A stretch of DNA of 63,938 nt, the filler included, from Platydemus manokwari (lineage: Eukaryota), in the NCBI GenBank assembly GCA_037951405.1. It is 6 parts of 6 records of this genome, joined end to end, with 100 filler letters (N's around TTAATTAATTAA, not from the genome) between each part and the next. Parts side by side here need not be neighbours in the genome. Positions count along the whole stretch, not along the records: positions 33,977 to 43,775 come from JBBMOY011203210.1; positions 43,876 to 53,427 come from JBBMOY011233541.1; 4 more parts are not named here. One strand, 5' to 3'. A model generated the notes under the pieces. The model saw nothing but the letters and a program-made list of their open reading frames with translations. It was not told the DNA's origin and did not search any database. Position numbers and translations under genes: made by a program. Below, piece after piece: positions 38,550 through 50,780 of the stretch; the stretch's first letter is position 1, and each line of letters begins with the position of its first letter.

Positions 38550-41500
38550 TATTTTTAATTCTTACAGTTTTTTCTAATAATTAGCGTGTTGGATGGCATC
38601 ATTTTTATTAAGAGTTAATTGAGATAGATTTTAATTTTAAAAAATTAGTTATGTTTTTCAACAGTAAATTTATCTTGTGGATAACAGATAATCTTGTTTG
38701 TATTGTAATTATGATAACCATTTTACTAATTTATTTCACTGGTAAATTGGAGTTAAAGTAATTTGTATGGGTTGAATTATTGTTTAATTAAAAATTATTT
38801 TATTATTTTTGACATTGGTTGCCTTTTTCGTGATGATAACGCTATATGTGACAAATATTCAAACATCAATTCATTATTTTTTGACTATTTAAAAATGATT
38901 ATTGTTGTAACTATCATCGAAATGTTTAATATCTTTTTAATAACTTTTTTTCCATTTTAAGGGTTGGAAATTAATAAAGAGCGTTAGGAAGTTGAAGTTT
39001 AAAAAATATTAAAGAAGAATGCAATATGCTAAATATTGTATATGGATTAAAACAACTTTAGAGTCACTAAAAACATACTTTAACTGAAAAATTTATTTAA
39101 ATGAAGTATTATATTGACAAAATTCCAGTATTTGAGAAAAAGAAAAAATAAAATAAAATATAAAAGAAGCAATTAAGAAAAGCACCTAAAACTTAAACGT
39201 GACCATTGAAAATGTTTTCAAAAACTCTAAAATCTATGTTAAAATAATGTGAGTAATACCTATTAACAATGAAATAATCGAAACTCAAATCATGGTCTGT
39301 GTGAGGATTAAAATTTTAATCGAATTATTTTAAATTTAATTTGGTAAATTAAATTTAAAAATGGAAAACAAAGAATATTTTTAATTAATTAACAAATATT
39401 TACTATTTATATAGCTCAGACCGTTAATGTGCAATCTCTCAAAATTATTTTCAAAAATCATTCATAAATTTTAAAAAACGGGTTTAAAAGTATATTTTTT
39501 TATATTGAGTGTAATTTTTAAAAAAAGAAGGAATATTTGTTTAAATAATATTTAATATGAAAATATATTTTTTTTATACTTAGTTATGAGTTGTGAATAT
39601 AAAGTGTTAGCCACTAACAGTCTGCCTACAAATCAAATAAATTTAAAAACAGCTTCGTAAATATTTTGAGACAAACAATTAAAAATATTTTCAAGGATTT
39701 TGAAATTAATTTAAAAATAATCTCAATATTTTCTCTTAACAACGGAATAATAGAAACTACATCGTAGCTTGTGCAAAAAATGAATTAAATTCAAAAACGA
39801 TTACGAAATATTTTTCAGGCAAATTATCTATTTCAATGGCTCAGCCAAATTTGATTTGGAACTTACACAGTCTCACACCTGCTATTACCCCTATAATCAA
39901 GTAAATTGTGTTGTGAGCAAAATTTATTATTGGAAAATTTTGATTTATCCACAATGTCAGAAATAAAACACTTCCAACAGCAAACAAAAAATACATGAGG
40001 CAATTTAAGTATGAAATTGAAACACTAAAGCAAATATTTATCAGATTCAAAACATCATAACCTTTTGTCTTCCATCATCTTCACAAAAATATTACCCATA
40101 TGTTGGTTAATGTCATACCAATGAAAACTACTTGTTTTGTTTTTGCACAAAATAATACCAATTCATAAAATCACCAAGAACGTATACCATTTTTTTAATT
40201 GATATAAAAGGTCAATTTAACTTGTCAAAAATATTAAAAGATACTTATACCAGTACAAAAAAATATAATAAAATAAGATAAAATATCAATAGAAAACACT
40301 CGATTGTATTGTAAAATTACACTCCGGTATGGAGTGTACTTAGAGCATGACCAGAAATCAAGGTGTACTAATGAACTTTGTTTTAAAAAGGATTAAAACA
40401 AAATTTATTGAAATCTATTAAATGAAATATAAAAGCAAGTTTCTTCCAATAGAGATTTCATGAAAGCCTTGCAAGCTCTTAAGATTTGGTTGATAAAAGA
40501 TTTAACTCTTCTATATTACATAGTTCGCAATTTGAAGAAAAAATAAATGGATGATGCACCTTTATGTGGATGAGCCAAAAGCAAGCACTTTTTACCTGAT
40601 ATGAAAAAGACCATTACGGTACAGCTAGAATTGAGAATCATAAAAAATATAAAGACAACAATAACAATGAGCGTTTAAACAAAACGCATTGCAGAAATAT
40701 ATCTTGTAAACGTGTAGATAACAGAAGTCTTTGTGTAACTAATGGTAAAATCGAGTAATAATTGGATTATTTACCCCAAACCAATAATTGATAAAATATG
40801 TATGTTACTTCTGGGCCTACGTAATTTCTAAATCTTGTTTCTTAAATGATTATTTTTTAGTAAAATTGATCTTCAAGTTATTTTTGATAATTCTTGTTTT
40901 ATATATATAAATATATATTCCTAGTAATGCCTTGGTTTTATTTCCAAAATTTAAGCTATTTCAAAGGCGACCGTCTTTTTCAGGTCGTTGATCTTATCAA
41001 AATTTGATTCGTGTATGCATTAAGCTAATGTTGAATACTGTTTATTTTAAAAATGAAAATCATTCGTAGAGTGATAGTTTATTACTATCTATTTCTAGAG
41101 TGCGGGTAAGTTAAACTGAAGAATTACTCTATTCTTCAATGGTTACATTTATAATAATTTAAATGAATTGGTTAAACTTTTTTAAAATTAGTTTATAAAG
41201 AGCTTATAAAAAGTTTGTATCATCTTTAAATTGTAATTAAAATTTATCATTTTATATAATTATCAATTATAGTGGTTTATTTAGTGAATTACAAAAATGA
41301 AATCCAAAACAATATTATAATACATGTCATTGCATAAGTTGTAAATGATGAAAAGATTTACGTTTTAAGAGATCGATATTATCCATTTTAATGTTTCTAG
41401 AATCGTGACAACAATGCACATTAGAGTTAAAATAAAATTTCCATTTTCTTATGACACCTGGTTGTGTGAGTTATTTTATAGAAATAAATAATTAGGTTTC

Positions 41501-41551
41501 GATTTGATATTGTGTAAACTGTGATAGCTCGATAGAACCGATTAAGTGACA

Positions 41552-42210
41552 ATGTGTGATAAATATGAATATGAAAATATTAGTGAATTATCAAAACAAG
41601 TTGCAATCGAAATGTTGACAAAAGATCCGTCACGGGTTAACGAACAAATTAATCAATTGAGAGAATGGGCAATATCAATGCCACATCTAAACTGTCCAAC
41701 GGGTATGATGATAATGATTATTTTTATCATTATATTAGAAATGATTTAAACAGATTCGAAATTTTGCTGCGATTTTTATGAGTTGCAAAATTTGATTTGA
41801 AACGAGCTGAAAAGCAATTGGATTCGTTCTGTACAATTCAATGTTTTCAAAGAGGAAATCCTGAATATTTCAATTATCCTCATATTGATAGCAGAATGAT
41901 TGATGAATTTCTAGAATCTCAATGGGTGAATAATTTTGTTCTATCAAGAAATAGAGGTTTATTATTATATCTAGAATTTTGACATCATTCGGCAGAATTG
42001 AAAGTGGAGAATTAATTATTTATGTTGTGATGAGTAATAATATTAAAATGAGATAATAATTTTTTTTAAAAAATATATCTAATAATCAAGAAAATAAATT
42101 ATAATAGTCAACGAAATTTATAAATTTAAATTTAAATAAATTGGAATCAAGAAAATTTTCGATAATACCGTGGACAATGTTAATTTTTTTAGAATTTAAA
42201 AAAATCGAAA
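41552..42210 (+). pseudogene. Truncated tandem duplicate of the CRAL-TRIO gene (exons 1-3 and start of exon 4)
   Basis: Near-identical exon 1. Lesions: 1-bp deletion at the start of exon 2, CGA>TGA at 41779-81, intron-2 donor GT>AT (41922), intron-3 acceptor AG lost (~42135). Similarity ends ~42210; ~190 bp of upstream sequence also duplicated. Confidence 0.9.
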
Positions 42211-42499
42211 TGGGGAATCTATGAGTAATCAAAAATTTCACAAATATATTTTCATTTATTATCTGTTATTGCACTACAAAATATCTTTAATTTCATTTAA
42301 ATCACTAAAAAAAAACATGAATATACCATTAGAAATGTGGTGAAATAAATAATATCGTGGCCTTTGTTTAAATAAGTAATTTACAGAAAATTACAATTTT
42401 TATGAGCGTTAAATTCAAATATTTAAGTGCTTCCCAAGCTATTCAAGTATTTGCAATAAACAGGAATAGGCCGGACAAAAAGCTGCTTAAGAACTTTCT

Positions 42500-43680
42500 A
42501 AAATAAACAGAGAATGCTCTAAATTAGTTGAGGCAGTTATGGATTTCCAAGAGAATCAGAATTCAACCGTGAAATAAATCATCATTAAAAGAACACAGTT
42601 GATTATCTTAAAAGACCCATTTAATCTAAAACCAGATACTGATATATCAGAAGTTAAGAGTGTTGTTGGGGTTTTCGAAAATCGGAAAATGTTTGCAACA
42701 AAATTTTGAAAAAGCTCTGCAAAATAAAAGAAGAAAACGGAAGAAAAAAGGTAATATTGAGACAAGTATTAATAAACTGCTACAAATCCTAAGAACACAT
42801 AACATCTGGCTAATAGTGTTAGAGTAGAAATTTGCTTCATTTAGAGACTGTCCAATATACACGATGAAACTATACAATAAATATCGAGCCATGTCTGACC
42901 CTAAAGAAGAAAGCTGGATTTGCAGACTATTGCTTATGTTGTAGAAAATAGACATTACAGAAAGCAGTGCTATCTAAGGCACAAGTTCTTGTTATTCGAA
43001 TAATTTCAGACATTTTCTGATAATGCCATTTAATTCTAGGCACCTGAATTATGTATTTAGAATGAGAGGAAGGTTACGTCGCTTAGATTGCCTTGGTGGG
43101 TAGGAATAAATAGATTACAAGAAAATTCGAAATATAACCAGATATGAAAAAAAGTTTAGGGAGGACGCTGCAAAGGTGTCGAGTTATGTGATGATCAACA
43201 AATCTAAAGTAAAGATGTTGTGGGTTTCAGAAGCGTCTATCACTTTGATAAGTGAAAGCCGTTGAAAGAAAGTTGGAACTCCAAAATTACAAGATACTTT
43301 GATTAAGCTAACTCAATTGTTTTCAACAACGAACGCCTACTCGGAAAATAAAACACAGGTTTATACGTGCTAAAAGAATTTGTGCCGACTTCATTAAGAT
43401 GGTGACGCTGTGAATGTATTCTAGATTCAGATAAAAGCGCCGTACACATTCGATTTATCACAACTTATGGGCAAAAATACAGATAAAGAAAGATCAGAAT
43501 ATGCACTGGAAACCATTATGTCTGGAAACACGAGTAGAATAGTTAGATTCATAACGAAATAAGGAAAAAATATATTAAAAAAATTTATTATTTTAAAATA
43601 ACATTCGTTTTTTAAATATTTAAACAAATTCAACTTTATCTAATTATTATACTGGTCATCATAATTTTTGACACACCTTA
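42500..43680 (+). mobile_element. Decayed Tc1-like transposon
   Basis: KMLWVS (VMxWG), FQQRTP (FQQDNAP), VPTSLRW*RCEC (WPxxSPDxxxxE) and C-terminal SRIVRFITK*G; candidate TIR cataatttttgacacacct near 43660-43678. Confidence 0.45.
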
Positions 43681-43775
43681 TAGCTTTTGAGGTGGTTGTT
43701 TTTTTGTGTGGGGTTTTGATGTGATGTATGATGTTTAAGATGTAATGAATATATGTTATAAAATTTGAAACTTAA

Positions 43776-43875
43776 NNNNNNNNNNNNNNNNNNNNNNNNN
43801 NNNNNNNNNNNNNNNNNNNTTAATTAATTAANNNNNNNNNNNNNNNNNNNNNNNNNNNNNNNNNNNNNNNNNNNN
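43776..43875. other. Artificial 100-bp spacer
   Basis: N44-TTAATTAATTAA-N44. Confidence 0.95.
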
Positions 43876-44256
43876 GACTGTCTTTGACTATTCTATTAAA
43901 ACGAGTAGAAATATATAAAACATTGTGAAGCATACAAAATTCAGTAACAACATTGTCATGTCACACAAGGTCAAATAGTCGATGTTTTCAATAGATTAGT
44001 TTTCTTCTTCATAAATATTGAAATTAATATTGAAGTTTGGAAATATTGAAATATTTGTAACTTTTGATCCACTGAACCGACTTTATCAAATTGTATATCA
44101 AACTGTGGGTAATCGAGTTGTGATTTAAATATCATATCTAATTTTATTTTTTGACCTTTATTTAAAATATCGAATCTACTCATACGTACTAGTACGAGTC
44201 AGAATGATGGTACGTTGAAATATAGTATGTATACTATATATGAATACATATTGTGC

Positions 44257-44400
44257 ATGAGTAGAGGTAAAAGGGCTATTATAAATCACATCTCACTTTT
44301 AACAACATCTTTAAATATTCGTTCGCTATTGTTCACTAATATTTAAAGGTGTTGTTAAAAGTGGGATGTGGTTTAAAATAGTCTTTTTACCTCTACTCAT
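44257..44400 (+). repeat. Long inverted repeat / hairpin (63-bp arms, 18-nt loop)
   Basis: Arms 44257-44319 and 44338-44400 match at 57 of 63 positions as reverse complements, with no indels. Confidence 0.95.
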
Positions 44401-44401
44401 T

Positions 44402-44660
44402 TTAAAGTTGCAGACGCCACCAGAATGATTTGTTGCGTTTATAGAGCACATTAGCGATTTTCAAAATTTAACAGTGCAAATTTTGATTGAAACGATGCAT
44501 CATGGTCAGACTGGCCATGTGACTTTGATGAAGACTGTTTGAACTAATTGATTTACAATGATCCGCGTCAACCTCCTTGAACAAGCCACGGATTGTGATG
44601 ACACCACTATTTCTCGACATCTCAAGAAAATTGGAAAAGCTCAAAAGCTTAGAGTGTGGC
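44402..44660 (+). mobile_element. Mariner transposase N-terminal fragment
   Basis: ADATRMICCVY, FSKFNSANFD, WPCDFDEDCLN*LIYNDPRQ and TTISRHLKKIGKAQKLRVW match mariner HTH/linker motifs. Confidence 0.75.
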
Positions 44661-46763
44661 AAGAATTCGGCAGTTTCAAAGAAGCTGTTTTAAATAAAGA
44701 GATTGAGAAATTTAAAGACAATTTATTCTGAAAGAAATTGAAAGAGTCCTTTACTCCGACGATAAAACAAGAGAGTTGACTGTCAATTTGGAGGTACCTC
44801 CGACGAAGCCGATAAACGTCATAAAGAAGACATACATCGAATGGATATTCGAAAGTAATCCAAGAAAAACTTTTCAGAAAAACACTTCTTACAAAAAGCC
44901 AAGCCCAATCTATTGCGTCTAGATTTTATGACGATTGTAGAAGAAACCTCAGACCACGTGCGGACTATTTTAAACCAAGAGCTTGTTTTTGCAGTGATGA
45001 GCTAGGAAACCGGAAGTTTGAATGTCACTGCAGAATAAATTTTTGATATGCGGGAAAGAGGGGTATCCGTTTAGAGGATTTTATTTAGAAAAAAACTTGG
45101 TTATAATAGTTCGAGGAAAATACTATACATCCATAATGAGGACATGAGACTAATATTCAAACTGGAAGTGAAACATGTGATTGTGTTAGTTCACTCTCCA
45201 TGGAGGAGAGAAAATGGTCATCAATTGGCTGGTGTATTCTCCAATACAAATAAATCGTGCCTAAGGAAAATATGGGTCCCAATAGCTTGGAACAACAAAA
45301 TTCTAATGAAGGGGATCATTGTATTAAAAGAAATTTTACAAGGATTTATCGGAGGAGTTGATATGATAAAAACATGAAATATTCCTGCAGGAATAGAATA
45401 AATTGATGCCAGTGACATGAAACACGAGATCCGAACAAAAGTTGTCGTGAACTTTCTCCAAAACGTATCATAGTTTATTTTTCCAGTTTTCAACTTCATC
45501 ATTGAATAATTTTTCTTTATTTTCCTCAAATTCTATTAATATTCCATTAAGATGTAAATTTTAATGTTCGTTTATTCCGAGTCTGTCGATCTAACTATTT
45601 AATTAATCTTGCATTACTGATAATTCTGCTTCTCATCTCTCTTTATCTTTTTGGAATATGTATTAACTCTATTTTCAGAATCCTAAAAATTAACTTTCAT
45701 TTTGAGTATCGGCTTTTGGAATTATTTCGATTTAAGGGACATGCTCTTGCCAAATGACCGAAATGTCCACATGAGTAATACTTGTCCTTGAATGTTTACA
45801 GCATCTCGGAGAGCAAATTTTGAGATCGTTCTTGTTCTACAGTTTTTTGCAATAAGATCTCTCTTACCGCATTTGAACTGAGTTCAAGATTTTCTATTGT
45901 TGATTCGTTTTGCTAATAATTAAATGAGGACAGGGTTACTTGAGAATTATCGAAAAACTCTTTGATTTCTGCAATTATTAGCTCGTTTGTTTGTTGGCAT
46001 TTAAACCATGTAATTAATTCTTGCTTTTTTCAGAAAACGTTAACTGGAGATCGTTGAGAATTTGTGAATGTCCTGGTGGATCCTTTGAAAGAAGATTTCG
46101 GAGTATCACTTATTAAAGAAGAAACTGAAGGATGTCTTTCAATTTTGCCTGATTTGAGATTTTCGGCTTCCATTGCGAAAAATGCGTAGGCTGCTTGTTC
46201 ATAGAAGTACAGCTCACTTCGACTCTCATCAATATTTTAGTGAGTTCACCGTATTGCGTTTAATAGACCAAACTAGTTACTGTGTAAATGTTAGAAAAGC
46301 GAAAGATTTAGTAATTGTAAGCAGGTATTAGTTAACAAATCACGCATTGAAAACGAACTGAAACGTCAAGACACCAAATAATATTTCAATTACTATTATG
46401 GAAATAAATAAATATTTTATAGCATTTTATTATCACATATTTCAAATGTCAATTTGTTAAAAATCTTCAGTAATAAAGGAAATCTTTTTAGGGTAAACCA
46501 AATGAATATTTCCAAATTTGTGTGATGCAGCCGCAAGAATAATACTCAATAATGAGTAATGTTTAAATAATGAGAAATGATAACACATTAATGAGATTAA
46601 TTTATATTAATATTCAATCAATATTTATTCAATAATTAATAATAAATATATGTAACAGTAGTTATTAGAAATAGTTTATAGGAAATAGTTAGAATTTGTA
46701 ATCGAATGTCGATGAAATGACTGTTAATGTTTGGATTTGATCAAATTATGGTGAATTGCCATA

Positions 46764-47270
46764 TTATTTTGTGATCGGATATGGCGGATTACCATATGTT
46801 TGGGTGGCCGCAGTCGTTGGATTTATTGGGTTTGGGCCGACTTGATAAGCTGGATAAGTTGATTGTTGATAGGAAGGTGGTACTTGAGGATAAGTAGATT
46901 GACCGGCTTGATAATTGGGTACATTGGAATTGACCACTGTAACAGTATTAGGCATTCTGAGAACCTGACCTCTTTGAATACCAGTTCTGTTTGAGCAAAT
47001 GCATCCACAACATATTGCTACTATAACACTAACAGTCACAATGAAAAATATTGATCCTATAACTGATCCAATAATGGTGCTTGTATTATAATAACATTCC
47101 GGATGATAGTTTATACTCGATAAGCAGGTCGAGCAACAATAATAATTCCCATAAAACCCACAACAATAATTATCACAATATGATAAACCTGGACATTTCT
47201 CATATCCTCGAATAACAGACATAGTGGAGAAAACAATCAATAATAGTAGACCATATTTGATTGAAAACAT
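46764..47270 (-). CDS. CYYR1/Shisa-like single-pass membrane protein (168 aa)
   Basis: Signal peptide (MFSIKYGLLLLIVFSTMSVIRG), Cys/Tyr-rich ectodomain (CPGLSYCDNYCCGFYGNYYCC), one TM followed by CCGCIC, Pro/Tyr/Gln-rich tail with PPSY and NPPY. A 46-bp GT-AG intron (47280-47325) lies just upstream of the ATG at 47270. Confidence 0.85.
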   Translation of the reverse strand: MFSIKYGLLLLIVFSTMSVIRGYEKCPGLSYCDNYCCGFYGNYYCCSTCLSSINYHPECYYNTSTIIGSVIGSIFFIVTVSVIVAICCGCICSNRTGIQRGQVLRMPNTVTVVNSNVPNYQAGQSTYPQVPPSYQQSTYPAYQVGPNPINPTTAATQTYGNPPYPITK

Positions 47271-47687
47271 TGTAAATAGCTGAAACAACAAAAATGATAT
47301 CAAGTAATCAATTATAATCACTCACTTGTTAAATAGCAGACTTTATTGATTAAATCGTTTGATAAAATAAATAAAGTTAGTCGATATATTTATTAAACAT
47401 AGGAAACTGGTATTGATTTGTTGTCCTGTGCTTGACGTAGGTCAGAGTTCAGACGCAGAATATTTAATTTCGATTACCTTATACAAGCTAAGATTAAATA
47501 TTGATGATAAGATAAGGATTTTATTTCAATGAAATAAGAGTTATTGATTGAGTCAGTATTTGGAAATGCTGGTGTTTTAAAATTTTATTATTTTGTTTTA
47601 ATATTTTTGGTTATTAAGATATCTATGCGAAAGTCACATTTAAATAGTGACTTGTCTTCATTACTAACATCAAAATAAGAGATTTTG

Positions 47688-48463
47688 GGCTAAAGTTAAA
47701 ATATAGGGTTCTAAAATAAAATTTTAAAATTGTGAAGTGTATTGCAAAAATCTATATAGATTATTTAATTAAATTCTTTAATAACTTTTTGAATTTTTTA
47801 TTTTAGTACTTGAGTAAGATTTAAGTTGTTTAGAATTATATAATAAATACACAGGATTTTTAAAGTCTCCTAAAAATTAATTATTTGAAAAATGGGCCAA
47901 TGTAGGTCAAAATGCAAATAATTTAAAATTAGCGAGGACCCGTCTTTTAACATTAGAAGCAATTGGAATGATATCTAAGATTTTTAGAGTTATTTTATAA
48001 AAAAGTGACTTCGGAATTATTGAGAAGTGCCAAGAACAAGGTACTTGTGTTTTCTCTCAAAACATGTATATTAATATCTATTTAATAGATTCGATACATA
48101 GATCCCAAACATGTCAATGTTGTAATAAAATGAAGATTTAATCCAAATCAAATAAATCGTACAGGTGAAGATGCCAAAAATATATAAATTTCGGAATTCA
48201 AATAGAGACTTGGTTCAACAATTCGGCTTTGTCCCTTTTCGGGACACAGAAAAATTATATTTACAAAATGATAACCATTAGTAAACTAACAATCAACAAA
48301 TGATGACAATTTTTATTAAAATATAACCAACAATTTACAAATTATTTATTGAGATACAACATAATTTGTAGATTCCTCGCAAATGAAGAAATATCTTGCC
48401 ATAGAAATATAATTCCAGGCTTAAATATCGTCATAGAAATTGTCGAGAAATGTTTTGAAAGTG
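47688..48463 (+). repeat. Dispersed ~750-bp repeat, copy 2
   Basis: Colinear with 5510-6262, with a few indels. Confidence 0.9.
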
Positions 48464-50149
48464 CCAAATATAGTAACGAGGATCGAAGACATGATTTCTG
48501 ATTTTTAGAGTTGATTTTTGGTTTTTAATCTAAAATTGAATTTTATGTAAAAATTTCATGAAAAATGATTACAAATAAGTTTTAATATCAAATAACTCAC
48601 GAAAAGTCATTACTCTAAAATTGGGTTGAAGGACCCTTTTCCTTAATTTAAGCCAGATTTTGAAATCTCAAAAATTGAATGATTTAAAAGAATTTTTTTA
48701 CTTTTATATTTGTAAAATTTAAATTTTTTCCTAACTTGGTACCCTTGCTTTCAACGGGTTAATAAACTAACTGCTTTTAATTTTAAATTCTGAACTAAAA
48801 TTTTTTGCTGGTGAAATAAACAAACCATTTGAGTGCTGCGAAGTGAAAATCTTTCTCGCTAATAATGATAAAATTCACAGATTTGATTCATAGCATTGAT
48901 GGAATTCGGCGATATCTACAATAGTTTATTCACTGCTAAGTTAAGGTATGGTTGAACTATTCCGGCAATATTTGACTCGTCTCAGTGCCGAAGCGAAGGA
49001 TGCATGTGTTAATTAAAATTGATGTATAAATAGCAATAACTTGAGACATATAAATTTTATTACCCCGGAATCAAATGCAGTAGAATTATTATAATTACAG
49101 TGTATGTTTTCCTGTGACGTTGTCATGCATTAGAAGTGAAAAAAGAATATTGGGAATTGATCCCATTATGCTAGGGTGAAAATGAGGACAGCAGGGAATA
49201 AGTATAGAAGGAAGTCAAATGTTCTTCGAGAACGTCAACAAGGTAAATTAATTAATAATTCCCCTTTTAGTCAATATTAACATATTAATGAAAACAAATG
49301 AAAAATTACTAATCGAGGCTGAATTCCTGGATAGTTTGAGAAATGGTGAAATTGAAAAAAACTATTTCGCACCTTGGAACACTTATTTTATCACTTTAAG
49401 CATTTATGTCTTCGCGACCATATAATCATATTAACTCACCAATCACAGCTAACTTGAATGAAAAATTATAATTCGAAAAATGGACAAAGCTACACACACA
49501 TATTGATTGACCATTCTCGAGTACATGAAATCAATAAATCCAATTGGAACTTGAAAAAAAATTACCAAATCAATACTTGATATACAGATTACACACAAAC
49601 CCCAACTACTAGTTGGATATCAATTTTATGTCGTCCTTTTATGTTGGCTTATAGAATTTTTGTAGAATTATAGAGTAATTGTGGTGTGTGCTCATTAGTA
49701 TGTTTCTGTGAAATATAGATTACAACCTTCGATTCTTTTGAACCTCAACAAAAAAATTTATACTATTTTTTGTGTTACTTTTGTACGAGTTTGCAGTTCA
49801 TTGGTTTTTGTTGTTTAATTGCTTCATTTACCGAGTTGTCATAATAACTACATAAGTTGTCAAGGTAACTTGCGAATTACCATGACTATTTATATTCATT
49901 ATTTATTGTTGACTTTATTTATTAATTCACATTTATTTACACGATATGTGTTTTCATATTTATTTACATGATTTGTTATTTTATGATTTTATTGGAACAA
50001 TTTTATGATCAAATTGCACATGAATTGAAATCATTATAATGTTGGCATAAAATTTTGTTCTAACAAAATTTTCTAAAACTAATATTATTATTATTATTAT
50101 TATTATAAAATTTACGATATTATAACATTTTCACAAAATAAATTTTCTG

Positions 50150-50780
50150 AATCATGAGAGGTTATCAAGCAGGATTGCTATTGATTACTTTATGAATCGC
50201 TAAATTGTTTCAAGTCAGATTAATAATTGTTCAATTGATCGATAAATTGTTCTCGAACCGATACATTTCACTGTAAACAAAGTGCCATCATTGTTAAATC
50301 TAATGCCAAATGTGTTATGTGTTATAAACTAATTTGTAAACCCAATGATTAATTGTATCTCAAAAATAATTGGTAAAGATAACAACATTTAGTGGTCTAA
50401 TTTAAAATTTTAATATTTCATTTGGAGTTTGAATTGAAATGTTGACCTATTTGCGATTGCTTTTTCCCTACAGTATTATAGCCAGTGTTTATTTTTGGTA
50501 ACAATTTGTGTCGAAGTTAATCAATTTTAGTTAATTAATTTGATTTACGTGAAAGACACGTAAATTATATCCGTTATTTTCATTCATTTGCAACCTCTTT
50601 TCACCACCAGAGTAAGATTTGGTTGGAATGTTAGTGGAAATAAAGAAAATTACAATTGTGTGAACATTTAATAGATTAAAAAACACAATCAGATCCGGTT
50701 GAGACATTTTGTCAAAAATCAATATAGTAAAGGTTATGTGCACAGGCCTTGCCATGCAATGGAGTTTCATTTCAATACAT
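50150..50780 (-). mobile_element. Possible decayed LINE RT remnant
   Basis: GKACAHN (GKAPGPDG) followed by LIVFFNLL...TNIPTK (LxxLFN...IPK). Confidence 0.3.

Noticed and set aside
46212-46245. Hammerhead-ribozyme-like string on the minus strand (ctcact...ttgatgagagtcgaagtgag)
   Set aside because: Core is not canonical: TTGATGA instead of CTGATGA and one A missing from GAAA; stems I and II are minimal.
44660-46260. GC-richer disrupted reading frames on both strands
   Set aside because: Probably retroelement debris, but I could not identify diagnostic motifs well enough to classify it.
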